Shown here: positions 23,462 through 33,753 of the stretch, one piece after another | Layout of the letters: every line of letters begins with the position of its first letter | Numbering within the stretch: the stretch's first letter is position 1 | Assembly: GCA_964019425.1 (NCBI GenBank) | Contig: OZ025781.1 | Span: forward strand, 1,550,001-1,614,000 | DNA from: Flectonema sp. DT1601 | Taxonomy: Eukaryota | Direction: 5' to 3' | Length of the DNA stretch: 64,000 nt | Made by a program: the position numbers and the translations under genes | Notes under the pieces: generated by a model | What the model saw: only the letters and a program-made list of their open reading frames with translations | Databases searched by the model: none | What the model was told of the DNA's origin: nothing

Positions 23462-24655
23462 ATGTTAGAGGCAGCAAAACAGATTGTAAGCAGCTCCCTC
23501 TCAGACAAAGCATTTAATTCAGCTATCCAGAAGTGTGCCAGTGAGAATAAGAAGTGGTTTGTGTATCCCACGGATGGTGATGAGATGATTCATTGGGTCT
23601 ATCAACAACAGGGTGATGAATATGTATCTGTGGGAAGTAAGAAAAAAGAATTTGTAAAAAAACAAACAAAAGAAAGCATCCTGGAATGTCCTGAAGTGAA
23701 AGGAGGAATCAGAGTTCTAGTTGCCGACTCCAGTAATTCCACTCCCTCTAAAGAAGTGAGGTATAATAGTTTCATTGCGAAAATGAAAGATTCCGGAGCC
23801 AGTCCTTTGGTGAAGTCGATAAAAAAGTTTATTAGCGAAATCTCCACAGTCGATCCAGAGACTGCAGCGACAGCATCATTTCAAAAATCCCTACCAGCAA
23901 GAGTAACTGACTTTTTACAATTTATACACCAAGAGCTTACAAAAAACCCATTGTGGCAGGGTGCATCTGAAGACGAACTTGCCCATGCTAGTGAAGGAAT
24001 GGAAAAATACGTTTTATGTAAAGTGTATCCATATACGTTTGGAAAACGAGCTGATCTGGTCGCGAAGGATAAATTGTTACAAAAAAAACTTGAGATGTTC
24101 GAGAGTTGTCCAACTGCTTTGCAGATGCCTCCGACACTCTATAGTCATCCTCGATGGAGGGAAGCAATTAGTCATTTGAATGCAGTTAATGATTACAAGT
24201 CTCCTTTTGATAAGTTAATCTGTCTTACTAATTGTTGTAAAATAATATCAGTGATAACCCAAGGGAAGAATACTGATTGTTGTCTGACTCAGCTACTTCA
24301 CTCAGCGAAGGTTAACTTATTACTATCAAATATATTTTATGTATTAAATTATAGACAGAAAGACTCTGATGAGTATGAGTTTCTTCAAGCGTTACTTGAA
24401 GCACAGCAGACGTGGATTGATTATCCATCAGGTGAAGGCGATAAGAATGACTCCGCGAGTGTGCTTAAGGAAAACATTCTATCAATCTTACAAGAAACTA
24501 CTCCGGATGAACTGATCGACCTGTCGACTAACACAGAAGACCTTCCTTTATCTGCAATCCCTCAACTTCTAAGTCAAATAATGTCTCTTGCGGCAATGGA
24601 ATCCGAACTACGAAAACTTGCCGATTTTAAACCACAACCGACAGCCACTAAGTAG
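23462..24655 (+). CDS. VPS9-domain protein (Rab5-family GEF-like), 397 aa
   Basis: FIAKMK...LVKSIKKFI, NPLWQGASEDELAHASEGMEKYVLCKVY, AISHLNAVNDYKSPFDKLICLTNCCKII and LLSNIFYVLNYR match the helical bundle plus VPS9 domain of Vps9/Rabex-5. Confidence 0.85.
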   Translation: MLEAAKQIVSSSLSDKAFNSAIQKCASENKKWFVYPTDGDEMIHWVYQQQGDEYVSVGSKKKEFVKKQTKESILECPEVKGGIRVLVADSSNSTPSKEVRYNSFIAKMKDSGASPLVKSIKKFISEISTVDPETAATASFQKSLPARVTDFLQFIHQELTKNPLWQGASEDELAHASEGMEKYVLCKVYPYTFGKRADLVAKDKLLQKKLEMFESCPTALQMPPTLYSHPRWREAISHLNAVNDYKSPFDKLICLTNCCKIISVITQGKNTDCCLTQLLHSAKVNLLLSNIFYVLNYRQKDSDEYEFLQALLEAQQTWIDYPSGEGDKNDSASVLKENILSILQETTPDELIDLSTNTEDLPLSAIPQLLSQIMSLAAMESELRKLADFKPQPTATK

Positions 24656-25017
24656 CTATGTGTACTGATGGCGTGTTTTCTTTTCTCTTCAAATTATGCA
24701 TCACATAAAGACATCGGGCACACGTTACATTCTAGCTTTGCTTGCCATATCAACAGCACTGTTCTTAGTAGGCAACGCAGCGAATTTAAATTTTTATAAA
24801 AAAAAAAAAAAAAAGTGTTCTCGCCCCCACATTCATAGTTCTGTAGATCTGGTTTGTTAGTGATGGTTGTGGTACTACTATTGGAAATGTTTTTTTTAAA
24901 TTAAAACAGGATTCTTTTATATCATAATCTGATTGGTTTCATTTCTTAATTAAAATAAATTAACTCTCTCTCGGTGTTAACTATCTTTTTCAGGAAGGAG
25001 GGAGTATAAAAACATAA

Positions 25018-25881
25018 ATGGCATCACATTCACATGCTGCAGTTGACGTTGGGTATGTTATTTTTACTTTTATTATGAAAACGATCTCTATAATCGTAAA
25101 CCACCACCACTACCACCACCACCACCACCACTACCACCACTACCACCACCACCACCACCACCACCACCACCACTACCACAGAACATTTCGAGATGAACAT
25201 AACCATCTGGGCGATCCCTCAATAAGAGATGCAGTCTTTGCAGTAAATGATGGGCTGACTAGTAATTGTTGTATCGTATTTGGTGTCGTTGCTCTCACAC
25301 TAGTAGACCCAACAAAAGTATTTTTATGTGGTCTCGTCGGCATGTTAAGTGGAGCTTTTAATTCCGCAAGCGGTAACTGGATGGCACAAATAATTCAAAC
25401 TGAAGCAGAGTCTCTGGAATTGAGAAGAGAAGAAGAACATTTAATGAAATATCCACGTGAGGAGGAACGGCATTTCACGGAGTTGTTGGAAAACGAGGGA
25501 TTTTCGCAGGAAACGATCAGAGCTATATTTCGAGACATTGAGAAGAGCCCGAGTATGCAACTAAAGCTTCATGCTCAAATAGAGTTGGGAATCGATCCGG
25601 AAATACCAGCAGACGATCCAACCATTGCATCTATATCTTCTTTTATGTGGTTCTTTGTTGGAGCATTTATCCCTCTATTCCCGTGGGTTCCTTTTTTTGG
25701 ACTCTCTCCCACGTATGCTGTCATGGCTACAGTGTTCTTATCTCTTTCATCTCTATCGGTTATTGGTGTGCTTGTTAGAAGGTTTACTGAAACAACACTG
25801 GAAAGACATATTCTTGTTGGTAGTCTATCAATGACTTTTGCCTATTTGACAGGACTACTTGTACGGGTGTGGATAAGTTAA
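25018..25881 (+). CDS. VIT1/CCC1 vacuolar iron/manganese transporter; probable intron 25053-25181 (spliced product 244 aa)
   Basis: IRDAVFAVNDGL, LCGLVGMLSGAFNSASGNW, ELRREEEHL...PREE, HAQIELGIDP, SFMWFFVGAFIPLFPW. The intron has a gtatgt donor and a ccacag acceptor. Confidence 0.9.
   Translation: MASHSHAAVDVGYVIFTFIMKTISIIVNHHHYHHHHHHYHHYHHHHHHHHHHYHRTFRDEHNHLGDPSIRDAVFAVNDGLTSNCCIVFGVVALTLVDPTKVFLCGLVGMLSGAFNSASGNWMAQIIQTEAESLELRREEEHLMKYPREEERHFTELLENEGFSQETIRAIFRDIEKSPSMQLKLHAQIELGIDPEIPADDPTIASISSFMWFFVGAFIPLFPWVPFFGLSPTYAVMATVFLSLSSLSVIGVLVRRFTETTLERHILVGSLSMTFAYLTGLLVRVWIS
25101..25180 (+). repeat. (CAC)n microsatellite with TAC interruptions inside the VIT1 intron
   Basis: Read directly: ccaccaccactaccaccacc... 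Confidence 0.97.
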
Positions 25882-26187
25882 TTGTACTTTTTTTTTATTG
25901 CATTCTTTTCATCAATAGCCTTTGTTTATTACCCTTATACTTATTGCTTGTTCTTTTTTTTTCTTTTTTTTTTCTCTTGCTGTATGATTACTTTGGCACT
26001 TTTATGTGCGGATATTGTTATTTTATTTTTAACTGTGAGGGTATTACTGTTATTTCTTTCTCACAGAATAGTGTCATTGAATTGTATTCTGAAGCTTATT
26101 AACAATGAATTTTTTTTTTTTTTTTTTTTCCAGAATAAAAAAAATATATATATCAAGAAGAAAAGAGGGGGGAAAAAAAAAAAAAAT

Positions 26188-27592
26188 ATGGCTGTCGCAA
26201 CATTTACGGCGGAGGACTTCGCGAGGATGGAGAGAGAGATTGAGGAAGTTAGTGAATTTCCAACCGAAACGTACGAACCACCAGAAGAGGAGGTTGATAT
26301 GAATACCGTGTCAACTGTAAAGGAAGTCGCTGAGACTTTACGATCACCCGCATTTCAAAAACTTCTCGAGGAAATATCAAAAGTAACTGCACCAGGAGCA
26401 ATGATAAAAGACACTATCACCAAAGACGATCCTGAGTACAAACTAGTACAAGACGCTATGAAGAGTTGTGTAACACTTCAAACAGAGATCGCAAGAGTAC
26501 ACAAATTTATTCGTCACAAATACAAAAAGTACTATAAAGAACTAGAGCAGTTTGTTGTTGAACCCATCATGGTTTGCATTACTTCTAAAATATTCAATTA
26601 CTGTTTTGTATCATTTGAATACAATAAACACTTCACTAACACACAAACAGTATGCTCGTATCGTTAAAATCATTAGAAATGATGTCGATATGGAACCTAA
26701 CATTGAAACACTTCAGAGTTACGGATTTGACGCGACAACAATCGTTAAGGTTATAGTAACCAGAAGTACCAGTGCCATGGCTGAGAATCCGTCTCTGAAT
26801 GAGTTAAAGTATGAATAATCATGTTGTGATTCTTTTGAAAAAATAAATTTTTCACAAACCAAAAACAAAATTAATTCAGATTCATCGAAGAAGCCTGCGA
26901 TGAAATAATGTCCCTTGAAGAGGCTAAACAGTTTGTATTGGAATACACTCAGTTAAGAATGAATCACGTAGCGCCTAACGTTTCTGCTATCGTATGTGTC
27001 TTCTTGCTATTATTTCTTATTGTGTTTTCAGTGTTTTAATAATAACAAAACACAACAATTCATTCAGGTTGGTACTGCCATAGCTGCTCAATTAATTGGT
27101 ATTGTAGGAGGTCTGGATAATTTAACAAAGCTGCCAGCTGACCATCTTCCAAACTTAGGAAAGACAAGAGGAGAAGAATCAAACAAAGCTGATCAATCGC
27201 AATACCATGGATGTTTCTTATTAAACTGCGACATTGTAAAGAGTCAGGAACCTGATTTTAGAGACAGAGCTCTTAAGATGGTTTCTAATAAAATTATCTT
27301 AGCAGCGAGAATTGACGCGAACAGATTCGCTCCGGATGGATCAAAAGGAGCTTTGTTAAGAGAGAAGATTATCAGACAGATTGAAGGAATTCTTGACGGG
27401 ACTATTAAAAGCACATACAAACCTTCATATCAAAGAAAGAGACCTCGTGAACAACAAGATTTAGCAATCCTCGCAGCAGCTAGAAATGAACTTGCAATGC
27501 GTCAGCAAATCACTGCAGGTCCTGCTGGTTACTCACCATATCAAGTTGCTCCACTACAACCTGCGATTCCTCCTCAGTACCAACATCACTAG
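26188..27592 (+). CDS. PRP31: U4/U6 snRNP protein Prp31, 392 aa; exons 26188-26571, 26651-26808, 26880-26991, 27068-27592
   Basis: DPEYKLV...EIARVHKFIRHKYKKYYKELEQFV, FIEEACDEIMSLEEAK...[36 protein letters not shown] and KIILAARID (NOSIC/Nop domains). Introns 26572-26650, 26809-26879 and 26992-27067 keep the frame. Confidence 0.9.
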
Positions 27593-28121
27593 TCTACAGG
27601 TAACAATATGGAGTCTTTTCTGTTAGTAGTTCGTATTCTGTAGTCCTTCTGTGGACTTGTCGAATTGCATCTGCTGGTCAAGATCAACAACCCAAATCTA
27701 TTTGGGTTGTTGTTAATTAGTAAGTAAATATACAAAAAAAAAAAAAAAGGGAATACCCTTTTTTTTTTTTTTTTTTTTTATTTACAACTAAAGTAAATAA
27801 CATCACTGTCGGAGAGGACTGACTTAATATTCAGCTCGGCTTTGGAGCTGTTCGTATCAAAAATGATCCTTTTTAATGATGGTAAGTTACATAGTGTGTT
27901 TAGTCGGATGGCCATCTGTCGGATATGATTTCGTTGTTTTGTTATTTAAAATAATTTTTTTTTTTTTTCCCCCACAACTTCTTAGCAAGAGGAGAAGAAA
28001 AAAAAAAACATGGAAGGAAAGGTTTTATTGTTTTTGCAGTGTTTTCTTTTCTTATTTGTCGTCGGTTCTCTGATATATTATCTCATTTTTTTTTTTTTTT
28101 CTTTTAAAAGCACACCCTCAC

Positions 28122-30842
28122 ATGCTATCAGTGGTAGCAGCAGTGTCGGTGTTGGCCCTACACGAGAATGTTGTCGTAGATTTATGCGGAACATGGGCCG
28201 TTCACAATAGCAACAAGTCAATTAACACACACGCAGAAGTACCTGGTCAGATTCACACCGATTTACTATCAGCTGGGGTCATCGAAGACCCGTACTACGG
28301 ATTCAACGATGTCAACTACAGGTGGATTGGTTTAGATGATTGGACATACTCAAGAACCTTTACCATTCCTGAAGACTTAAAACTTGATGGATACTCGCTT
28401 GTAGCTGAAGGGTTAGACACAGCAGCAGTGATAACAATTAACAATCACACAGTTTTAGTAGCTAATAACATGTTTCGAACTTGGGAAGTTATAATCCCAG
28501 CTTCAATTCTGAATAACGGAAGTAAATTAAATACTATTAAAGTTGATTTTCAAAGTGCAGTCACGTATGCTCTCAATCAAAATAACTCTTACCCTCATTC
28601 AACACCTCCTGATGGTATCCCACCCGCATGCCGACCTGAACACTGGCATGGAGAGTGTCACGTTAATTTTATTAGAAAAGAGCAGTGTTCATTTTCTTGG
28701 GATTGGGGACCATCTTTTCCAACTCAAGGAATTTACATGCCGATTAGAATTATAGATCAAAATAGTAACAGCGTCAGACACAGTGTTAAAAGTATTAAGG
28801 TTCATGCAATCCCGCAATGTGATAACGCAACTCACGACAACGAAGACTGGAACCTCACTATTGATATTGAAGTCAGGAAGAGAAGTGGTAGCACCTTAAA
28901 CCAAATCGATCTCACTGCAGAACTACTTAGTCACCAAGACGAGTCTCTCATTTATTCGAATTCAGAGTTATTTACAGTGCTACGTGATCAAGACAGAGAG
29001 CATAGCCGCACATACAGAACAACAATCACATGTTTGGGTGTTAAGCGATGGTGGCCTAACGGACATGGATTGCCAAACCTCTACAGGTTAAAAATTGGAA
29101 ATAAAGAAATTAGAATCGGCTTTAGAACATCCAGACTGGTGCAAGATCCGATTCCTGGACAGGCTGGAGCGACATTCTATTTTGAGATAAACGGAAAACC
29201 GATATTCATGAAGGGTGCTAATTGGATCCCGTCAGATAGCTTTGAATCAAGAATAGACAGAAATCACTTAGAAGGATTATTTAACTCATATTCCGCAGCA
29301 AATTTCAATACTCTACGAGTATGGGGAGGAGGCGTCTACATGAAACAATCATTCTACGATCTCGCCGATGAACACGGATTTATGATATGGCAAGAATTCA
29401 TGTTCGCATGTTCCTTATATCCAACAAACGATGCCTACTTATCTAATGTGAAAGAAGAAGTAATTGATCAAGTGAACAGATTACAATACCATACTTCAAT
29501 TATTGGTTGGTCGGGTAATAATGAAAACGAAGCAGCAGTTGTGTATGGTTGGTATGGAAATACTTTTAATAATTTTTATATTGATGATTATAGAAAGTTA
29601 TATTTTTCAACTATATTAGACACCGTCAAACTAATTGACCCGAGTAGACCAACGGTCGCAAGCAGTCCGTCAAACGGAGATGAAACAGCTGAGAATCCTG
29701 TTCAGTATGGAGTATGGTATAACTTTACTAACGGTGATATTCACAACTATAACTACGATTCTGATTGTTGGGATATTTCAACTTATCCGACGCCCAGGTT
29801 CAGTTCCGAGTATGGAATTCAATCGTTCTCTTCATTTGAGCTTCTCGCAACAGTTGCTCCTCCTTCAGAATTACATTATGACTCTAACTGGATGAAGCAT
29901 CGACAACATCTTCACCTGGTTGATCACTTAGGTGGTGGTAACAACGCAATGAAAATCCAAGCTGAAAAACACTTCAACTGGCCTTCTAATTATTCTAATC
30001 AACTTCTTATGACTCAAATTCAACAAGCAGTTTGTATTAAACACCAAACAGAAGTATACCTTAGAGGTCGTGATCCAACCAAATCATACACCATGGGTGC
30101 TTTATATTGGCAAGCAAATGATATATGGCCGACTGTATCATGGACGTCTATTGAGTATGGAGGAAGATGGAAAATGCTTCATTACTTTGTGAAGAATATC
30201 TTCACGAATGTATTGGTGTCAATGTGGACTCAAAAAGTATCGAATATAAAGAGATATGGTATTTCACTAATATCAGATGAAGTACATAGTGGTACTGAGA
30301 GAATAGATATTCAATATAATTTATGGTCGTTAGACTCTCACAAATCGATATCTACATGGCATCAACATCGCGTTCATCTGCCTAGTAATAGCGCTCGGGA
30401 AGTAGCTGCTGGGAATTTATCGGAAATTCTTGATCGAGGTAATGGAAAATGCGATAATGCAGCGAACTGTTTTATTATATACGAAGCTACTGACCACTCT
30501 ACTGGTGTCGTTTTGAGTCAAAATTGGAACTTGTTAGGATCCCCTAAAGACGCAACTAATTTTAAAGACCCAGCATTAGTCATAACAGGTGTTGACTTAC
30601 TTTCCAACAACAAAGTACGAATTCATCTTCGTGGGGTATTCCCTGCTCTCTTTACGTGGCTTCATAATGTTGTTGGAGATGAGGGGGAACAACCTGCGGT
30701 TGGATATTTTTCAAATAATGGATTTATATATGTACCGAGTCATGAAGAGCATGTATTACACTTCATTCCTGATAAGCGTCATGAGTTTGATTTTGATTTA
30801 TTTAGGAGAACTCTTCGTCTTCGTACTCTACAAACTCTGTAG
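28122..30842 (+). CDS. Beta-mannosidase, glycoside hydrolase family 2, with signal peptide, 906 aa
   Basis: [65 protein letters not shown] (acid/base), RFSSEYG (nucleophile), LYWQANDIW. Confidence 0.95.
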   Translation: MLSVVAAVSVLALHENVVVDLCGTWAVHNSNKSINTHAEVPGQIHTDLLSAGVIEDPYYGFNDVNYRWIGLDDWTYSRTFTIPEDLKLDGYSLVAEGLDTAAVITINNHTVLVANNMFRTWEVIIPASILNNGSKLNTIKVDFQSAVTYALNQNNSYPHSTPPDGIPPACRPEHWHGECHVNFIRKEQCSFSWDWGPSFPTQGIYMPIRIIDQNSNSVRHSVKSIKVHAIPQCDNATHDNEDWNLTIDIEVRKRSGSTLNQIDLTAELLSHQDESLIYSNSELFTVLRDQDREHSRTYRTTITCLGVKRWWPNGHGLPNLYRLKIGNKEIRIGFRTSRLVQDPIPGQAGATFYFEINGKPIFMKGANWIPSDSFESRIDRNHLEGLFNSYSAANFNTLRVWGGGVYMKQSFYDLADEHGFMIWQEFMFACSLYPTNDAYLSNVKEEVIDQVNRLQYHTSIIGWSGNNENEAAVVYGWYGNTFNNFYIDDYRKLYFSTILDTVKLIDPSRPTVASSPSNGDETAENPVQYGVWYNFTNGDIHNYNYDSDCWDISTYPTPRFSSEYGIQSFSSFELLATVAPPSELHYDSNWMKHRQHLHLVDHLGGGNNAMKIQAEKHFNWPSNYSNQLLMTQIQQAVCIKHQTEVYLRGRDPTKSYTMGALYWQANDIWPTVSWTSIEYGGRWKMLHYFVKNIFTNVLVSMWTQKVSNIKRYGISLISDEVHSGTERIDIQYNLWSLDSHKSISTWHQHRVHLPSNSAREVAAGNLSEILDRGNGKCDNAANCFIIYEATDHSTGVVLSQNWNLLGSPKDATNFKDPALVITGVDLLSNNKVRIHLRGVFPALFTWLHNVVGDEGEQPAVGYFSNNGFIYVPSHEEHVLHFIPDKRHEFDFDLFRRTLRLRTLQTL

Positions 30843-31402
30843 TGGACGTATCAACAAATTGAATGGAAATGTGAAGTCTTGAGCTATTCGTGTTCTTTTC
30901 AAACACTTGCCAAGAAGTGTTTTCTTATGTTTGAGAAATTGTCTTTTGATTATATTATCTTTTTCAAAAAAAAAAAAAAAAAAAAAAAAACAACGTCCGA
31001 TTAGTTCATATTCCCCAACACTACACAAATCGAATAAATAGTTAACAGCTACTGGTTAAGGGTAAGGCGTGTTTTTGCTATTTATGATTTGTGTTTCTTT
31101 TTACCATCTCTCTTGCTATCCCAACTTTAACGCTTCAACAGTTGTCGAATCAGTATCGTAGTTGGGGAACGGTCCCTGTCTTTGTTACTGAATTGAAATT
31201 TAAAGAACTGAGCATTTTAAAAAAAAAAAAAAAAACAGTACTGCTGGCTGTTTTACGCCAACGCTGTTATGTTGTCAAGGTTGTTTACTTTTTGTCTGTT
31301 AAATTTTTAGTTTAATTTTTTTTTTGTTTTTTCAGAACAAATAATAATGATAACGTTGTGTTAAAGATAGCCTTTGAACAGATTACTGCTGCTCTTCAGC
31401 AG

Positions 31403-31798
31403 ATGCAGAAATTAGTTCAAAGCTGCTGCTCATTATCGTTATGTAGTCTATCAGATAGAAATTTGTTTGGAAACAATATTCATGATTTTAGAAGGGAATG
31501 TGCAGCCTTACTGATACAAACAACATACAGAAAGTACAAAGCTGTCTTAGTTGTACGTCAACGACGAAGTGAACAGCTACCCCAAAGAACAGAAGAAAAA
31601 TTTGATATTTGTAGTTCATCTGATGAAGTTGAATTCTTTGAATTCAACTTTAGCATCGATATGAATGCTGGACTTGAAAGTTATAGTAAAGAACAGACTT
31701 CGAAAATACCAAAACCCCCCGCTAAGTGTTTCAAAGGATGTCAATCTCGAAGAACATTCGTATCAACACAACCTACTTTGATATCTGTTGGAGTTTAG
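31403..31798 (+). CDS. Small hypothetical protein with IQ (calmodulin-binding)-like motif; start uncertain
   Basis: AALLIQTTYRKYKAV is IQ-like. Coding-like composition. T-rich acceptor at 31335; the first in-frame ATG is at 31403. Confidence 0.5.
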   Translation: MQKLVQSCCSLSLCSLSDRNLFGNNIHDFRRECAALLIQTTYRKYKAVLVVRQRRSEQLPQRTEEKFDICSSSDEVEFFEFNFSIDMNAGLESYSKEQTSKIPKPPAKCFKGCQSRRTFVSTQPTLISVGV

Positions 31799-32050
31799 AA
31801 TATTAATTATAAATATCTGGATCTGTCAGTTCTCACGGCACTGCTTTTCAGCAGCTGCAGATGGTATGCAGTCAGTCCATTTACTGAATGGTATTCTTTA
31901 TAGGAAAAGTGAGTTTTCCAGTTACACGTATTCTTTACTTCATCAGTAGACTCTTTATATTATTGTCAAAATTTTGCTTTAAAAAAAAAATGTTACGAAA
32001 CCTTTTTCCTTAATACATTTTATTGACCAGAGTTGATTATTATAGCAAAC

Positions 32051-32311
32051 ATGGATATGGCAACATTGAAAAACACGCAACTCGCTAACTGGGCTTATCT
32101 TTCCGACAGTGATGACGACAGTTGTGGATCTGATATAGAAGTCGAGAGGAGGGTCTCGAGAGATATTTCATACAGACATGCCCCTGGAGGAATTTGTTAC
32201 TGTTGTAGCATTGGAGCACCTCACTCTTATGCTCAGCAACCTGTCAAGTTTGTATCTGTACCTATGTTGTCACAGAGTACTCAAGGAGTTTACGTTGCAG
32301 GATCTATCTAA
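32051..32311 (+). CDS. Small hypothetical protein (86 aa), acidic stretch and Cys/His cluster
   Basis: ATG in an A-rich context downstream of a T-rich AG. WAYLSDSDDDS...ICYCCSIGAPH. Higher GC than the flanks. Confidence 0.45.
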   Translation: MDMATLKNTQLANWAYLSDSDDDSCGSDIEVERRVSRDISYRHAPGGICYCCSIGAPHSYAQQPVKFVSVPMLSQSTQGVYVAGSI

Positions 32312-33753
32312 ACTGACGTGTAAGTGAACTCATTGATACTCAGAATCGTAATACTGCTTTTCTTAGTGCATTCTTAGTTGAATGTACCCCTGCGTTTGTG
32401 TTCGTAGGTGGATAGTTCGGTTCTGAAACTTATGTTTTTTAAGTCATTAAAGTTGTAGGATAAAAAGATAAAAAGCCATTGTTGAGTTAATATCATCCAC
32501 AAGCAGGAAAAGTCTTTTTTTTTAATAATAAAAAAAAAAAAAAGATTTTTCTAAAATTTCAAAAGAACTTGATTCCTTTTATGTCATGAATCAAATCGTC
32601 GACGTTAGGCCAACGAGAAATGATGAACCGCCGTGAAAAAGGGAAAAAAAAAGAAGGTGCGTCCTTCGCACACTACAAAAAACGTACGGCAAGGAAAAGA
32701 AAAAAAAAACGTTTGACTGAAAAAAAACAACACTTGTTGGATTTATCCCGACTGATGAATATTATAATAATCTGGCTGCACATTGCGATTATAAAAAACT
32801 CGCTTTCTTTGCTGTTCTGATTTTCTTTTACTTTCCCCCTGTAAAAACATTCGTTTTGCTTTGCTTAATAGAACAGGGTAGGAGGGGGTCTTAATGTTAA
32901 CTATTTTTCATTTCTGTTATTCCTTAAGATTTCCTCGTGTTTTCTTTTTTTTAATTTCTTGCAGCGTTTTAGTGCATCTGATTCGTTTTGTTTTTTGTCA
33001 TTGCTGTTCATGTTTTACACTGGAAATGACTAACTCACCTTTTTATAAAAAAATTATTTGGTGTACTGTGAGGGACTGAACCTGGACCTCAATGTAGCGC
33101 AAACTCTGAGGCTTATTACACGGAGATTCCTCGAAGGGATTTTTTATTCCACACAATCTTTTTAATTGTTGTGGTTGTTTTCAACTGCCATAACCGAATT
33201 AGTTAAGAGTGTGCTGTTGATTTATTCTATTGTGTTTTTTTGTCATGAAATTTTCGATCCGTAAATCGCCATAATACTGGCGAAAGGTGATTTTTTTTTT
33301 GTTTCCTCCCAAAAAATTCTGCTGTCCTCGGTAGTTATCTACTATGTCAGCCTTGCTATCGGTTTTGTTTTTTTAAAAAATTATTTTCAGCCGGATCAGA
33401 ACTTTTGTTCCCAGTACTCGCTTATGATAATCGAGGTCTGGAACTTGTGTCTCACGTAATTTTGTGTTCCAATGTATCTTTCGTTTCTTTTTGTTAATTT
33501 TTTTTTTTTTTTTGTAATTTTTTGTTCTTGTCTGCTTGGAACTCTTCTTAGCAAAACTTTTATTATTTATTCATTATGGATTTATCTATCCCACCCTGAC
33601 GTGCTAAGGAAAAATCTCATATATTTTCTAGTGACTTCCCACATTGTACTCGTCAACTCGTTATTGTTCGTATATCTGATATCAGTTTTTTTTTTTTTTT
33701 TTTTTTAAAACCAAACCAATTCTATCTCATAAAAGGGGTACTACAGCAATAAA

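Noticed and set aside
32620..32720. Possible box C/D snoRNA (ATGATGA...CTGA)
   Set aside because: The interior is A-run low complexity, with no terminal stem or recognisable rRNA guide.
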